Part shown: in pieces, positions 20,076 through 29,291 of the stretch | Position numbering within the stretch: the first letter of the stretch is position 1 | Layout of the letters: each line of letters opens with the position of its first letter | Assembly: GCA_965223425.1 (NCBI GenBank) | Contig: OZ245003.1 | Location: forward strand, 352,001 to 416,000 | Direction of reading: 5' to 3' | DNA length: 64,000 bases | Origin: Nitrosopumilus sp. | Lineage (GTDB): Archaea > Thermoproteota > Nitrososphaeria > Nitrososphaerales > Nitrosopumilaceae | The notes under the pieces: generated by a model | Seen by the model: only the letters and a program-made list of their open reading frames with translations | Told to the model about the DNA's origin: nothing | Databases searched by the model: none | Translations under genes and position numbers: made by a program

Positions 20076-20579
20076 TTGCCAAAAAAATACTGTGTGACAG
20101 AAAAACTGCATGACTCACAGGTGCTTGACTATTTTGAGGTGACCATGAAAGACTTTATCGTGGAACGGCTATCTGACACGGATAACTGGTGGAACGCATG
20201 CATTCCTCCAGAGATAAGAGAAGATGCATCACAGAGACATCAAAGGACAAAGAAGATCAACGATGTCCTAAACAAGCCAGACTATGGAATAGTAGAATAC
20301 ATCAACTTTGATGGATATGAAAAGATAATATCAAGAAAGGATAACTGGAGGAATCACTTTGAGGCAGTCTTTGTCGACAAGACAGTATTTGAGTACAAGA
20401 TGCGAGTTGTACTGTCACTTAGAAACGACATTAGGCATGGGCGACAGCTTGATGAGATAAACAGGATCAGGCTTAGATTGCACTGCTATGACATACTCTC
20501 GCAGATATATGAAACAAGAAAAGCAGACAAAGATGCTCACAACGCTATGATAAAAAAACTCGGCTTCAAGACGGATTGA
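20076..20579 (+). CDS. Swt1-like HEPN domain protein
   Basis: WW...IP, NWRNHFEAVF and the RNDIRH (Rx4H) motif. Confidence 0.75.
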   Translation: MPKKYCVTEKLHDSQVLDYFEVTMKDFIVERLSDTDNWWNACIPPEIREDASQRHQRTKKINDVLNKPDYGIVEYINFDGYEKIISRKDNWRNHFEAVFVDKTVFEYKMRVVLSLRNDIRHGRQLDEINRIRLRLHCYDILSQIYETRKADKDAHNAMIKKLGFKTD

Positions 20580-20685
20580 CGTACCTGCACAAGAATCACC
20601 AATACAGGGCTTGCAACCTCAAAAGATACACAACTGAGAGAAGTTCAAAGCAGATCATTCTAAAATTTCTGCCTGTAATTTTTGA

Positions 20686-20943
20686 TCAGAATTTTTTTGT
20701 TACTTGGATTTCCTTAATTTCTGTAATTGTTCCCTGAACAGAATCCATCTTGATGATGGCCTTTTTTTCATCCCATCCTAACGCAACATACCAGTCTCCT
20801 GCATCATCATCGTATTTTGTTTCCAATGTTTTGGTGTCTTTTGGCTTTACGCCGTACTTTTTGGCAATGCCAGATACTGCAAGTGCTATCGCATCTTTTT
20901 CCTTTTCCAGCCTTCTTTTCATTAATCCTATTCCGGGACTCAC
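20686..20943 (-). CDS. Small hypothetical protein
   Basis: 85-aa ORF with an AT-rich promoter-like upstream region. Confidence 0.7.
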   Translation of the reverse strand: MSPGIGLMKRRLEKEKDAIALAVSGIAKKYGVKPKDTKTLETKYDDDAGDWYVALGWDEKKAIIKMDSVQGTITEIKEIQVTKKF

Positions 20944-21141
20944 AATAGCTGTAAACTGTAATATCTAATATAGTTAATTGACCGTGGGCCAACTCTGACA
21001 GATCCGAGAATTTTTCCCACGTTGCAAAACACTGCTTTGTGCAGCTTGCCTGCATTCACTACAAACCCGTGTCTTTCTTGTATTAATTGGGCATATGGCG
21101 TTCTGAGTGTTTTTGAAGTGCTTACAGCGGATGTCTCTGAT

Positions 21142-22623
21142 TTACAGCGTAATTGAACCGTGTTGATTGACAGTGGTGACATTTGAATGCCATTTTTTAT
21201 GATACTCGTCCTTCTTTGTATGGATCGGGATCAGTGATTTGGCATTGGCATTATCTATCACATACTTGATTTGCTCCCCGTCTCCGTGACCAGAAACATG
21301 GATTTGGTTCCAATCCTCCTCTTTTTTGAGTACGCCAAAGTGAACAAACCAGTTTCTAACCTGCTCGTCTTTTAACTCCATTTCCACATCAAATGGTTCA
21401 GTCAGCGAACGAATGTATGTAGAGCCTTCGATGGGTTTTATGTCAATCAAGTCCTGCAATCTAAAGTCACTGCAAAAAAAGACGTACTGGTTTTGTTTTT
21501 TCTTGATATCCATATAGTTGACCGCGTTTGGATAGCCTAAAAATTCCTGTTGCCAAATCCTATAGTCTGCAAGTAGCTGCTTTTCTGAAAATATGTCAAC
21601 ATTCTTATCAATTAATCCCCAAGAACCCCTCTGAACGTATATTTTGATATTTTTGTCAGTTGGAGATGGATATTTGCCCCTTAAGGATTCTGACTCGTTA
21701 AACAATTTCAGCAGATATGCCTGCTTCATATCTATTACTAGATCTCGGTTACTGTTTTTTGTTGCGATGTAAAATGATAATAGCCTGTCAAGATCCCTGA
21801 CAGGATAACCGCAAATCGCCAAGCCTTTTGTCTTTTTTACAATGTCTGCAACCTTGGATTCGACGTCATACTCTGTATCTGACGGTCTTGCATCAACCCT
21901 AGTTCCCTCACACAGTAATACATCCAAATCTGATTCTGCGCAGCGCCGTACAAAATTTTCTGTATCGTCTTTTCGCCTGCCGTGAAACCGTAAATCGCCC
22001 GTATTGCCAATGGAGCCGTCTGGCGTATGCAAAATAAATGCGTGAACTCCAGGTATTGAATGATCAACAGGTAGTGGTTCTGCCCTGATTGAGTCAATTG
22101 AGAATTCCCTCCCTGATTGAAACGTTTTGATTCTTCTGGGAACCGCAGTTTTGTCTCCACGGGATCTGATTTTTTCTCCCATTTTATTTTCATGAACCTG
22201 AAAATTTTCTTTTAGTGTAAGGTATTGATCAGAGCCTGTATCCTCAAAGTTCTGCATGATTAGTTTTGATTCTTCAGAACAGTAAATTGGAATATCGTCT
22301 CTGAGGTATGGAATGTATGCACAATGGTCAACATGTGCATGTGTAAGCAGCACTGCGTCAATTTCTGTATCCTCGTGTCCGTCAAAACCCATGTGTCTGG
22401 CATAGTCCCGCCTGTAGAGACCCTTGATTTTAGGCAATATTCCAAGTTCAAACATATCAATTAGGCTATTTGATGTTCTAGCCTTCAAAAACTGTGAGAA
22501 AAATTGCCCCTCTTCTGAGAAGGACATTCCAAAATCCATGAAAATTTTTGTTCCTTTGCTTTCAACTAGGAATTTGTTTCCGCCAATATCGTTTACGCCT
22601 CCATGAAATGTGATGCTTGTCAT
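21142..22623 (-). CDS. Metallo-beta-lactamase/beta-CASP ribonuclease (RNase J-like)
   Basis: GGVNDIGGN, DFG, THAHVDH, VDHS, TGDLRFHG, CEGT, HVSGH and IPIH motifs. Confidence 0.9.
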   Translation of the reverse strand: MTSITFHGGVNDIGGNKFLVESKGTKIFMDFGMSFSEEGQFFSQFLKARTSNSLIDMFELGILPKIKGLYRRDYARHMGFDGHEDTEIDAVLLTHAHVDHCAYIPYLRDDIPIYCSEESKLIMQNFEDTGSDQYLTLKENFQVHENKMGEKIRSRGDKTAVPRRIKTFQSGREFSIDSIRAEPLPVDHSIPGVHAFILHTPDGSIGNTGDLRFHGRRKDDTENFVRRCAESDLDVLLCEGTRVDARPSDTEYDVESKVADIVKKTKGLAICGYPVRDLDRLLSFYIATKNSNRDLVIDMKQAYLLKLFNESESLRGKYPSPTDKNIKIYVQRGSWGLIDKNVDIFSEKQLLADYRIWQQEFLGYPNAVNYMDIKKKQNQYVFFCSDFRLQDLIDIKPIEGSTYIRSLTEPFDVEMELKDEQVRNWFVHFGVLKKEEDWNQIHVSGHGDGEQIKYVIDNANAKSLIPIHTKKDEYHKKWHSNVTTVNQHGSITL

Positions 22624-22967
22624 ATGTCTACACTTCCAGAATGTCTGTAAAATGTGAATCGGTGGTTTCTGACCCTGTGTCTAATTCTGCTGCACAATTT
22701 CAGTCCTATCTTTATAAAGTTGTCCTCAATGCCAAACTGCTCAAAAACTCTTCTCAAAAAATAACTTCTTGTAAATGAGACTGTTGCATAAACAGACGTA
22801 ATTACCAAGTTTGCAGTCAGAGGATCCTCTTGAATCCAGCCTGTGGATAACGGCAGAATAATAATTCCCAAACCGTATCCTATTGGATATCCGCCAAACG
22901 AATTGACAAACGCTTCTGATAGACTCTTCTTGTGAGAATCCAATTCAACCTCTTTTACTGTGGACAT
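22620..22967 (-). CDS. Small 2-TM membrane protein
   Basis: S.KKSLSEAFVN...GY.IG...VSFTRSYFLRRVFE; ATGA overlap with the RNase gene. Confidence 0.75.
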   Translation of the reverse strand: MSTVKEVELDSHKKSLSEAFVNSFGGYPIGYGLGIIILPLSTGWIQEDPLTANLVITSVYATVSFTRSYFLRRVFEQFGIEDNFIKIGLKLCSRIRHRVRNHRFTFYRHSGSVDI

Positions 22968-23065
22968 TCTAATCTCCCCGTCTGACGTGACCTTTTGTTG
23001 TCTGGTTCTTCAAAAATGATGGATGCGCATTTGCGGTATTGCAGCTGAATTTCTGCCAGTTTCAT
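22955..23065 (-). CDS. 36-aa micro-ORF
   Basis: MKLAEIQLQYRKCASIIFEEPDNKRSRQTGRLECPQ; ATGA-coupled to the upstream micro-ORF. Confidence 0.35.
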   Translation of the reverse strand: MKLAEIQLQYRKCASIIFEEPDNKRSRQTGRLECPQ

Positions 23066-23163
23066 CTTCCTCCTCTTCCTCTTCTTCCCTCATAAATCAT
23101 TGGCTCTTCATCTTTATCATCGTCTTCAAACTCTCGAATTATTCTTGGATACATCAAGGTCAT
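23062..23163 (-). CDS. 33-aa acidic micro-ORF
   Basis: MTLMYPRIIREFEDDDKDEEPMIYEGRRGRGGR; starts 2 nt after the PIN stop. Confidence 0.4.
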   Translation of the reverse strand: MTLMYPRIIREFEDDDKDEEPMIYEGRRGRGGR

Positions 23164-23165
23164 TT

Positions 23166-23585
23166 TTAGATACCTCTTACCGTTGATGGGTGAAATGCTG
23201 TAACGCCGACAAACTGACAAGTCTGGAGAAGCATCCTGTCAAAAGTCACTAGGACAAAGCCATTTGCTTTGCATAAACTCAATATTTTATTGTCCCCATT
23301 ATGACAAATCTGGAACTGTTCTGTGATCTGCTTTGCATTTGAAATGTCATTTTGATCAATTTTGGAAAGTTCGATCTTTCTTCCTAACAGGCCTGAAATT
23401 TTGGCAATTATTTTTTCAGGCAAATGTCCCCGTACTCGTTTTACCTCCCCTAGCACAACGTCACAAAGAATGATTCTGACTGATTTTCCCCTCAAGCCGG
23501 CTTTGAGTCTAGATGCTACTCCTGGTTTCTCCATGATGTCAATTACGACGCAAGAATCCAAAGCTACGTTTTGCATCTTGTTCAT
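23166..23585 (-). CDS. PIN-domain (VapC-like) ribonuclease
   Basis: ALDSCVVID, VLGEV, GDNKIL and LVTFDRML acidic tetrad. Confidence 0.85.
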   Translation of the reverse strand: MNKMQNVALDSCVVIDIMEKPGVASRLKAGLRGKSVRIILCDVVLGEVKRVRGHLPEKIIAKISGLLGRKIELSKIDQNDISNAKQITEQFQICHNGDNKILSLCKANGFVLVTFDRMLLQTCQFVGVTAFHPSTVRGI

Positions 23586-23593
23586 GAATTAAC

Positions 23594-23645
23594 CCAGATC
23601 TGGAAAATTATTATATAGTATGTACATAGTATACATATTCCAGAT
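23594..23645. promoter_or_regulatory. Palindromic divergent promoter/operator
   Basis: TATGTACATA palindrome (23619-23628) flanked by TATA on both sides and by the ATCTGGAA/TTCCAGAT inverted repeat. Confidence 0.6.
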
Positions 23646-23648
23646 ACT

Positions 23649-24395
23649 ATGGTTAAAATTGCGAAATTACGCATACATGTTGCCCCCGTAGGCTATGAAA
23701 TCGACAGGATCGTCCTTCCTGCAAAGCAGGAAAAGGCCGACAAGGTATGGCTGCTGATTCACGAAAATAGGAGCGAAGACAAGGCAGTCCCGTTTATCTC
23801 AAAAATTACAAGACAATTAGAAAAATCAGGAATTGAGACAGTTCAGGAATCTCATAACAGGCGTGATTTATTTCAAATTATTCGTACGGTGAAAAACATT
23901 CTGGAAAAAGAAAAGCAAAATGACGTCTATGTTAATTTGGCATCCGGCTCCAAAATACAAGCAATTGGAACCATGATGGCATGCATGATGTTCAATGATG
24001 ACTCTAACATCCATCCGTTTTATGTGGAGGCAAAAAATTATCCTGGATTTGAAGGAAAAACGCCACTATCTACAGGAATTAAAGAAATCCAAAATGTTCC
24101 ACCCTATTCCATAAAAATACCTGATCAAAAATTAGTTGCGGCGTTAAAAATCATTAAGGAGAATGGTGGAGAAATCACAAAAAAACAAATGGCAGATTTG
24201 GCCGAAAAACATGATCTAATCTCTGTCAATGCAAGAGATGAGGAACACCGCTCCATGGTAAGGTTCACTAGTCTTGACAAGAATATTATTCAGCCGCTAG
24301 AAGAATGGGGATTTGTTAAAATCAAAAAAATTGGAAGAAACAGATGGATAAAAATGACTCAGGAAGGACAAAATGCCTCAGAATTTTTAATTTAA
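23649..24395 (+). CDS. DUF6293/HFX_2341-like regulator: CARF-like domain plus winged HTH
   Basis: IHVAPVGYEIDRI, ADKVWL, VYVNLASGSK; C-terminal ITKKQMADL...IIQPLEEWGFVKIKKIGR..IKMTQEG. Confidence 0.8.
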   Translation: MVKIAKLRIHVAPVGYEIDRIVLPAKQEKADKVWLLIHENRSEDKAVPFISKITRQLEKSGIETVQESHNRRDLFQIIRTVKNILEKEKQNDVYVNLASGSKIQAIGTMMACMMFNDDSNIHPFYVEAKNYPGFEGKTPLSTGIKEIQNVPPYSIKIPDQKLVAALKIIKENGGEITKKQMADLAEKHDLISVNARDEEHRSMVRFTSLDKNIIQPLEEWGFVKIKKIGRNRWIKMTQEGQNASEFLI

Positions 24396-24490
24396 CTGGT
24401 TTTTAAAACGGCGTGAAATTACTGCTGCGCTACGGATCAAGAACCCGTCTGTCCTTTTAGGTCATAACCATCATCTTGAAGGAAGTCATT

Positions 24491-24931
24491 ATGGAAAAAT
24501 ATGTAGATGTTACAGCCGTGATGATGAGAATGCCAATCTGTCTTGAAAAGGAAAAACTTGAGAACTTTTATAGAAAAAATAGATATGATATTATGGGAAA
24601 AATGACTGCAGAAAAATTTGAAGGATATTTCCAGCAATGGTTAGAAGAAATACAAAAACCAGAAATTATGATTAGCTCAGATACTGCTGACTATATTAAT
24701 AATGAACCATACCAAAAAATTATCAAACTTGGAAAAGACTCACTACCTTCCATAATGAATAAAATTGCACAAGGATATTTCTTCTTAAATCATGCAGTTT
24801 CTGAAATTACTGGAAAAAAAATATCTGAAATCATCTCTGGTGGAATGACACCAACTTCACAACAAGAAATTTCAAGATTATGGTTAATGTGGTGGAAAAA
24901 GCAAAAACACACCAGAAGAACCTTCTTTTAA
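24491..24931 (+). CDS. Hypothetical helical protein
   Basis: AT-rich ORF with YQKIIKLG..LP.I...ITG...WL.WW pattern. Confidence 0.6.
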   Translation: MEKYVDVTAVMMRMPICLEKEKLENFYRKNRYDIMGKMTAEKFEGYFQQWLEEIQKPEIMISSDTADYINNEPYQKIIKLGKDSLPSIMNKIAQGYFFLNHAVSEITGKKISEIISGGMTPTSQQEISRLWLMWWKKQKHTRRTFF

Positions 24932-25548
24932 ATCCCCGATAAAGATTTTTTATTCAATACACCTAGATAAAACACTTTCACCTGATGGTATCCTACAATC
25001 CAAGATATTTTCTGATACTCGCAAATTCATTAAAATTGATGATAATATTCTTGAAGAAAAAGACTGGTAATGTTTTAGACTTTTGTAAAGATAAATTTGA
25101 ACTGTGGATCTCATATTCTTATCTAAATTATAAAATTTTTTCAAACAACGTGAGCAGACATCTTTGTAACGTTCTTTAAGACAGGTTTACCAAATGTCTA
25201 GATTGTGGAGATATTCCCAAAAGCAAATATGTTATTAAAAAGTATCCAGTGTTTTTAATAATAAATGATATTTGTATTCTATTTTCACTGGATATCATAT
25301 ATCATGGTTTCAATTATCAGGCGTAAAAAAGGCAAAAACAAATATTGCATACTGATATACAATACAGGAAAACATCAGCATGAAAAATATCAGTGTCTCT
25401 TGGGAACCGAGTGGATGGGAAAGATCAGTGCCAGAGATTGGTACGCTGAACATGTCAGAATACACAGACACATTCAAAATTATCCATAATGTCGATTTTT
25501 TCTAATTGATAGTTTTTCAACTCTGAGCTCTATCAAAATCAGAATAGG

Positions 25549-26142
25549 ATGAAATTAATTCAGCGAATTTCAAACTCTGCACTTGCAAAGCCTGCCACCC
25601 TTGTATCGTTTGTTTCAATCTTGGCAGTAATTGGCCCCGTTGTGGTGGTTTTGGCAGGGTTTTGGGACGCCATATCCCATCTCCAAAAGGAACCAGAATT
25701 TTTCTGGAGCATACAACACATCATAGTATACTCGGGAGTGTCAATGACTAGCTGCGCTGCCATGGTGGGCTGCATTCTTTTATCTAGAAAATCAGTTCAC
25801 GGTTCCCTTAAAACAGGAATTAAACTCGTTATTGCCGGCTCGATAATTCAAATAATTTCAGGCTTTGGAGACTCTTTATCTCATGAAGTTTTTGGAATTG
25901 ATGGATTGGTATCTTGGTCACATCAGCCCCTCGAGTTTGGGCTTGTTCTTGCGTCCTTGGGAGGAGTCCTGATAGTAAAAAACAGAGAACACACAAACCT
26001 CAAAGCGCTTCTTCCCTTCTCCATTGCGGCATTCTTGTTTTTTGCAACGTGGCTAATCTTTAACTTGGTTCTAGTGTTTGGCCATACCATACAATGCATT
26101 CCTGTCTATGAGATCTTCTCCTCAGGCTGTGCCATACTGTAA
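25549..26142 (+). CDS. Hypothetical multi-pass membrane protein
   Basis: About 5 TM segments, WDAISH and DSLSH motifs. Confidence 0.75.
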   Translation: MKLIQRISNSALAKPATLVSFVSILAVIGPVVVVLAGFWDAISHLQKEPEFFWSIQHIIVYSGVSMTSCAAMVGCILLSRKSVHGSLKTGIKLVIAGSIIQIISGFGDSLSHEVFGIDGLVSWSHQPLEFGLVLASLGGVLIVKNREHTNLKALLPFSIAAFLFFATWLIFNLVLVFGHTIQCIPVYEIFSSGCAIL

Positions 26143-26600
26143 TTTTTTATTCTCAGATATGACATTATCATCACAGTGACGGCCCCCACCAATATCAAGA
26201 CTCCTGCAGGAGTCATCTGTTGAGAATTTGTATTTCCAAACTCTACTTCTAAACTGGTCTGACTTTCTGAAATATTTGTAATTCTTACAGTGTATGTGCC
26301 ATCTTCATCAAAATCAAAATACCCCACTGACATTTTTGTCTGAATCTTCTGTTCTTGTATTACGTTGCCCCTGATATCTAATATCTGAACAAACACCTCC
26401 TCTCCTGAAAATTCTGGCATGTATACCTTGTAAAAGCCGACATCTGCACCTGTGAATTCTGCCTTTAATTCAAAAGAGTTTGAGTGTTTTAGCACTACTG
26501 TTTCATCATGCATTTTCTCAGTTTCAACAAAAACAAAGGAAATCCAAACGGTTCCTATGCTGATTAGCACCAGTCCCAGTTTGAATAGTGAAACTCTCAC
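26106..26600 (-). CDS. Hypothetical membrane-anchored beta-domain protein
   Basis: N- and C-terminal TM segments. Confidence 0.75.
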   Translation of the reverse strand: MRVSLFKLGLVLISIGTVWISFVFVETEKMHDETVVLKHSNSFELKAEFTGADVGFYKVYMPEFSGEEVFVQILDIRGNVIQEQKIQTKMSVGYFDFDEDGTYTVRITNISESQTSLEVEFGNTNSQQMTPAGVLILVGAVTVMIMSYLRIKNYSMAQPEEKIS

Positions 26601-26642
26601 TTCATCTAGATGAAATGTTGTTTGCCTAATAAGATAATCTAA

Positions 26643-26717
26643 AGGGCTCGGAGGGCTTCGATCCCTCGACCTGGCGGTCCGAAGCCGCCTGCACTATCCA
26701 GGCTGTGCAACGAGTCC
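26643..26717 (-). tRNA. tRNA-Arg(UCG)
   Basis: Cloverleaf GGACTCG...; anticodon arm GGCGG-CTTCGGA-CCGCC. Confidence 0.9.
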
Positions 26718-26761
26718 AAAGAAGTAAGATTTTAACAGGCCTAAATATCTGTCTAGATACT

Positions 26762-27937
26762 TTGAAGGTATCAAAAAAAGTTGCAGGTGTCGAGTATGCA
26801 ATTCGGGATATCGTTTTGGCTGCTAGAAAAGTGCAACAAAAAGGAATGCATGTTGACTATCTCAACATTGGCGATCCTGTGCAATTTGGTTTTCAGCCAC
26901 CTGACAACGTTAAACAGGCTTTGATTGACGCAATTAACAAGGGAGAGAACTACTATTCCACATCTGAGGGCCTCTTGGAGCTAAGACAAGAGATTGCAAA
27001 CAAAGAAAATGCAAAGGGGCTCTCAATTTCAGCTGATGATGTTTTGGTTACCAACGGCGTTTCTGAAGGGCTTGACATGGTAATTTCTTCAATTGTAGAA
27101 GAAGGCGATGAAGTGCTGTTGCCAGGTCCGTATTATCCGCCATACGCATCATATGTGCGACTCCATGGCGGTATTCCTGTGGAATTTGCAGTTGATTTGA
27201 ACAACTCCACTCCTGACATTGATGATATCAAATCCAAAATTACTTCAAAGACTGTCGCCATTTGTTTGATCAGTCCAAACAATCCCACAGGTGTGGTCTT
27301 CAACGAGAGTTCTCTCAAAGAACTGGTAGATATTGCAAACCAACACAGTCTCTACATAATATGTGATGAAATTTATGATCAGATTGTTTTTGATGAAAAA
27401 TTTGTGGGAATTGGCAGGGTCGCAAAAGACTCGCCGGTAATTGTTCTAAACGGATTCTCAAAAGTTCATCTCATGTCTGGCTGGAGAATTGGCTATGTTG
27501 CATTTAATCAATCGCCACAACTTGAGGCAGTTAGAGAAAACCTTCCAAAGCTGGCAAGAGTTAGGATTGCAGCTAACCTACCGGTTCAACATGCAGCTTT
27601 GGAGTCACTTCGCGGTCCGCAAGATTACATTGCTGACTTTGTATCTGAACTCAAAAAACGAAGGGACCTGGTCGTAAAACGCCTCAATGAAATGCCTGGT
27701 ATTTCTTGCGCTAATCCAAAAGGCGCATTTTATGCATTTCCAAAGATTGAGGAGAACAAATTTGGTACAGACAAGGAATTTGTTACAAAACTTTTAGAAA
27801 CAAAAGGTGTGCTGACTGTTCACGGTTCCGGGTTTGGAGCACAGTTTGGAGGCGGGCATTTTAGACTTGTTTATCTTCCCAGTCTTAAAGTATTGGATTC
27901 TGCAATGGACAAAATTGAAGACTTTGCTAGTCAGTAA
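26762..27937 (+). CDS. PLP-dependent aminotransferase class I/II
   Basis: LNIGDP, SPNNPTG, DEIYD and NGFSKVHLMSGWRIG motifs. Confidence 0.92.
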   Translation: MKVSKKVAGVEYAIRDIVLAARKVQQKGMHVDYLNIGDPVQFGFQPPDNVKQALIDAINKGENYYSTSEGLLELRQEIANKENAKGLSISADDVLVTNGVSEGLDMVISSIVEEGDEVLLPGPYYPPYASYVRLHGGIPVEFAVDLNNSTPDIDDIKSKITSKTVAICLISPNNPTGVVFNESSLKELVDIANQHSLYIICDEIYDQIVFDEKFVGIGRVAKDSPVIVLNGFSKVHLMSGWRIGYVAFNQSPQLEAVRENLPKLARVRIAANLPVQHAALESLRGPQDYIADFVSELKKRRDLVVKRLNEMPGISCANPKGAFYAFPKIEENKFGTDKEFVTKLLETKGVLTVHGSGFGAQFGGGHFRLVYLPSLKVLDSAMDKIEDFASQ

Positions 27938-28332
27938 CTCCAAACTGAAAATTTTTCGGGAACTATTTCTATGATACAGTCAGTATCATCAAGTAATTCT
28001 TTTGCCGACCTGTTATTTAGGGTCCTAAAGTATCTTAAGAGAATTTTTCTTGCAATTGTTTTTACTTTGTTTTTCTCTAAAATCAAATTAGCATTTCCCT
28101 GTCCCATGACTCCGTAAATATTCGGGGCATTGATGCCGACATCCACACAAAACGAAACACGCTTGTTTCTTTTTGCATTTTTAGCCTTTTCTGTCTTGGT
28201 GTTTGTCCCTATGTAGATCTTTTTTCCAGCATACACATACCAAACAGGAGCGATGTGTGGAGTTTTGTTTTTGCCAACAGTTGCAAGCCGCAATACCTTC
28301 TGTGATCTTAGAAACTCATCTCTTTTGCTCAT
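27931..28332 (-). CDS. Pyridoxamine 5'-phosphate oxidase family protein
   Basis: LRLATV...PHIAPVWY...KAKN..RN.RVSFCVD. Confidence 0.85.
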   Translation of the reverse strand: MSKRDEFLRSQKVLRLATVGKNKTPHIAPVWYVYAGKKIYIGTNTKTEKAKNAKRNKRVSFCVDVGINAPNIYGVMGQGNANLILEKNKVKTIARKILLRYFRTLNNRSAKELLDDTDCIIEIVPEKFSVWSY

Positions 28333-28549
28333 GTTTTCTAAATCCCCACGCTATCATAAAAATCCCAAAGCCTAACATTGCCATTGAGATTTTTTCATTT
28401 GTTATTTCGGCATTAAACAGGAATTCTTCAACAAAGGCTGGTCCCCATATTAATAACTGCCTGACTAGCACAATTCCTGCCATTACAGAAAAAAGAACAC
28501 CGATTGCCGTAAACCAATTCCTGCCCCTCCTGTAGTATTCGTGACTCAT
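28316..28549 (-). CDS. Small membrane protein
   Basis: 2 TM segments; operon position. Confidence 0.7.
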   Translation of the reverse strand: MSHEYYRRGRNWFTAIGVLFSVMAGIVLVRQLLIWGPAFVEEFLFNAEITNEKISMAMLGFGIFMIAWGFRKHEQKR

Positions 28550-28568
28550 GATAAGTGAAAAAACTGAC

Positions 28569-29240
28569 CTAGATAATTTTGATACCTGGATTTTTTATCT
28601 TGTTTCTTATCATTGCATTTAGAAGAAGCGGTGTAGACATTTCTGCAAAATAAGACAGTTCTATTGGACCCAAGTAAATTGGTCGCAGTCCCTTGATTTC
28701 ATTAATCAATCCATTTACTACCTGAACTGACTCGTCATCATCCCCACACACAAAGATGTCGTAGTCAAGTTCCATGGTTGGATTGACTAGCTTCTTTTCT
28801 GAAATCACATGAAATGCTGAAACAAGCTTTGATTTATCCTTCATGTGGTTTGCCACCAGTTGGTATGAAAATGGCTTGTTTTCTTTAACTGACACACATT
28901 CAAATCCAACATCTGTCTTTGTCATTGGAACAATCGGAGATACAACAACGCAGCCATCTTTGATCTCAGGCAATATTCCAGAACACGTTGAATCTATGTT
29001 CTCGTATGGAATTGATAAAATCAAAACATCACTTTCTTTTGCAACTGAAAGATTGTCACTTCCAGAAACAGTTCCCTCCATTTCTCCAAATGCCTGTTTT
29101 GCAAGATTAACGTATTCTGCAGCCGAGTCTGCTGCCCGTCTGGCGTCTCTTGAACCTACAATTACATCATGATTCTGAGACCACCTTAGCGCAAAGCCTT
29201 TTCCCATCCCGCCTGTTCCGCCAATAATCCCCACTTTCAT
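28569..29240 (-). CDS. npdG: NADPH-dependent F420 reductase
   Basis: IIGGTGGMGKG, VGSRDA, VSAFH and VCGDD motifs. Confidence 0.85.
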   Translation of the reverse strand: MKVGIIGGTGGMGKGFALRWSQNHDVIVGSRDARRAADSAAEYVNLAKQAFGEMEGTVSGSDNLSVAKESDVLILSIPYENIDSTCSGILPEIKDGCVVVSPIVPMTKTDVGFECVSVKENKPFSYQLVANHMKDKSKLVSAFHVISEKKLVNPTMELDYDIFVCGDDDESVQVVNGLINEIKGLRPIYLGPIELSYFAEMSTPLLLNAMIRNKIKNPGIKII

Positions 29241-29291
29241 GATAATCCATCTGATAATGTTATTATTATCTCTATTTGAAGTTCGATCAGG

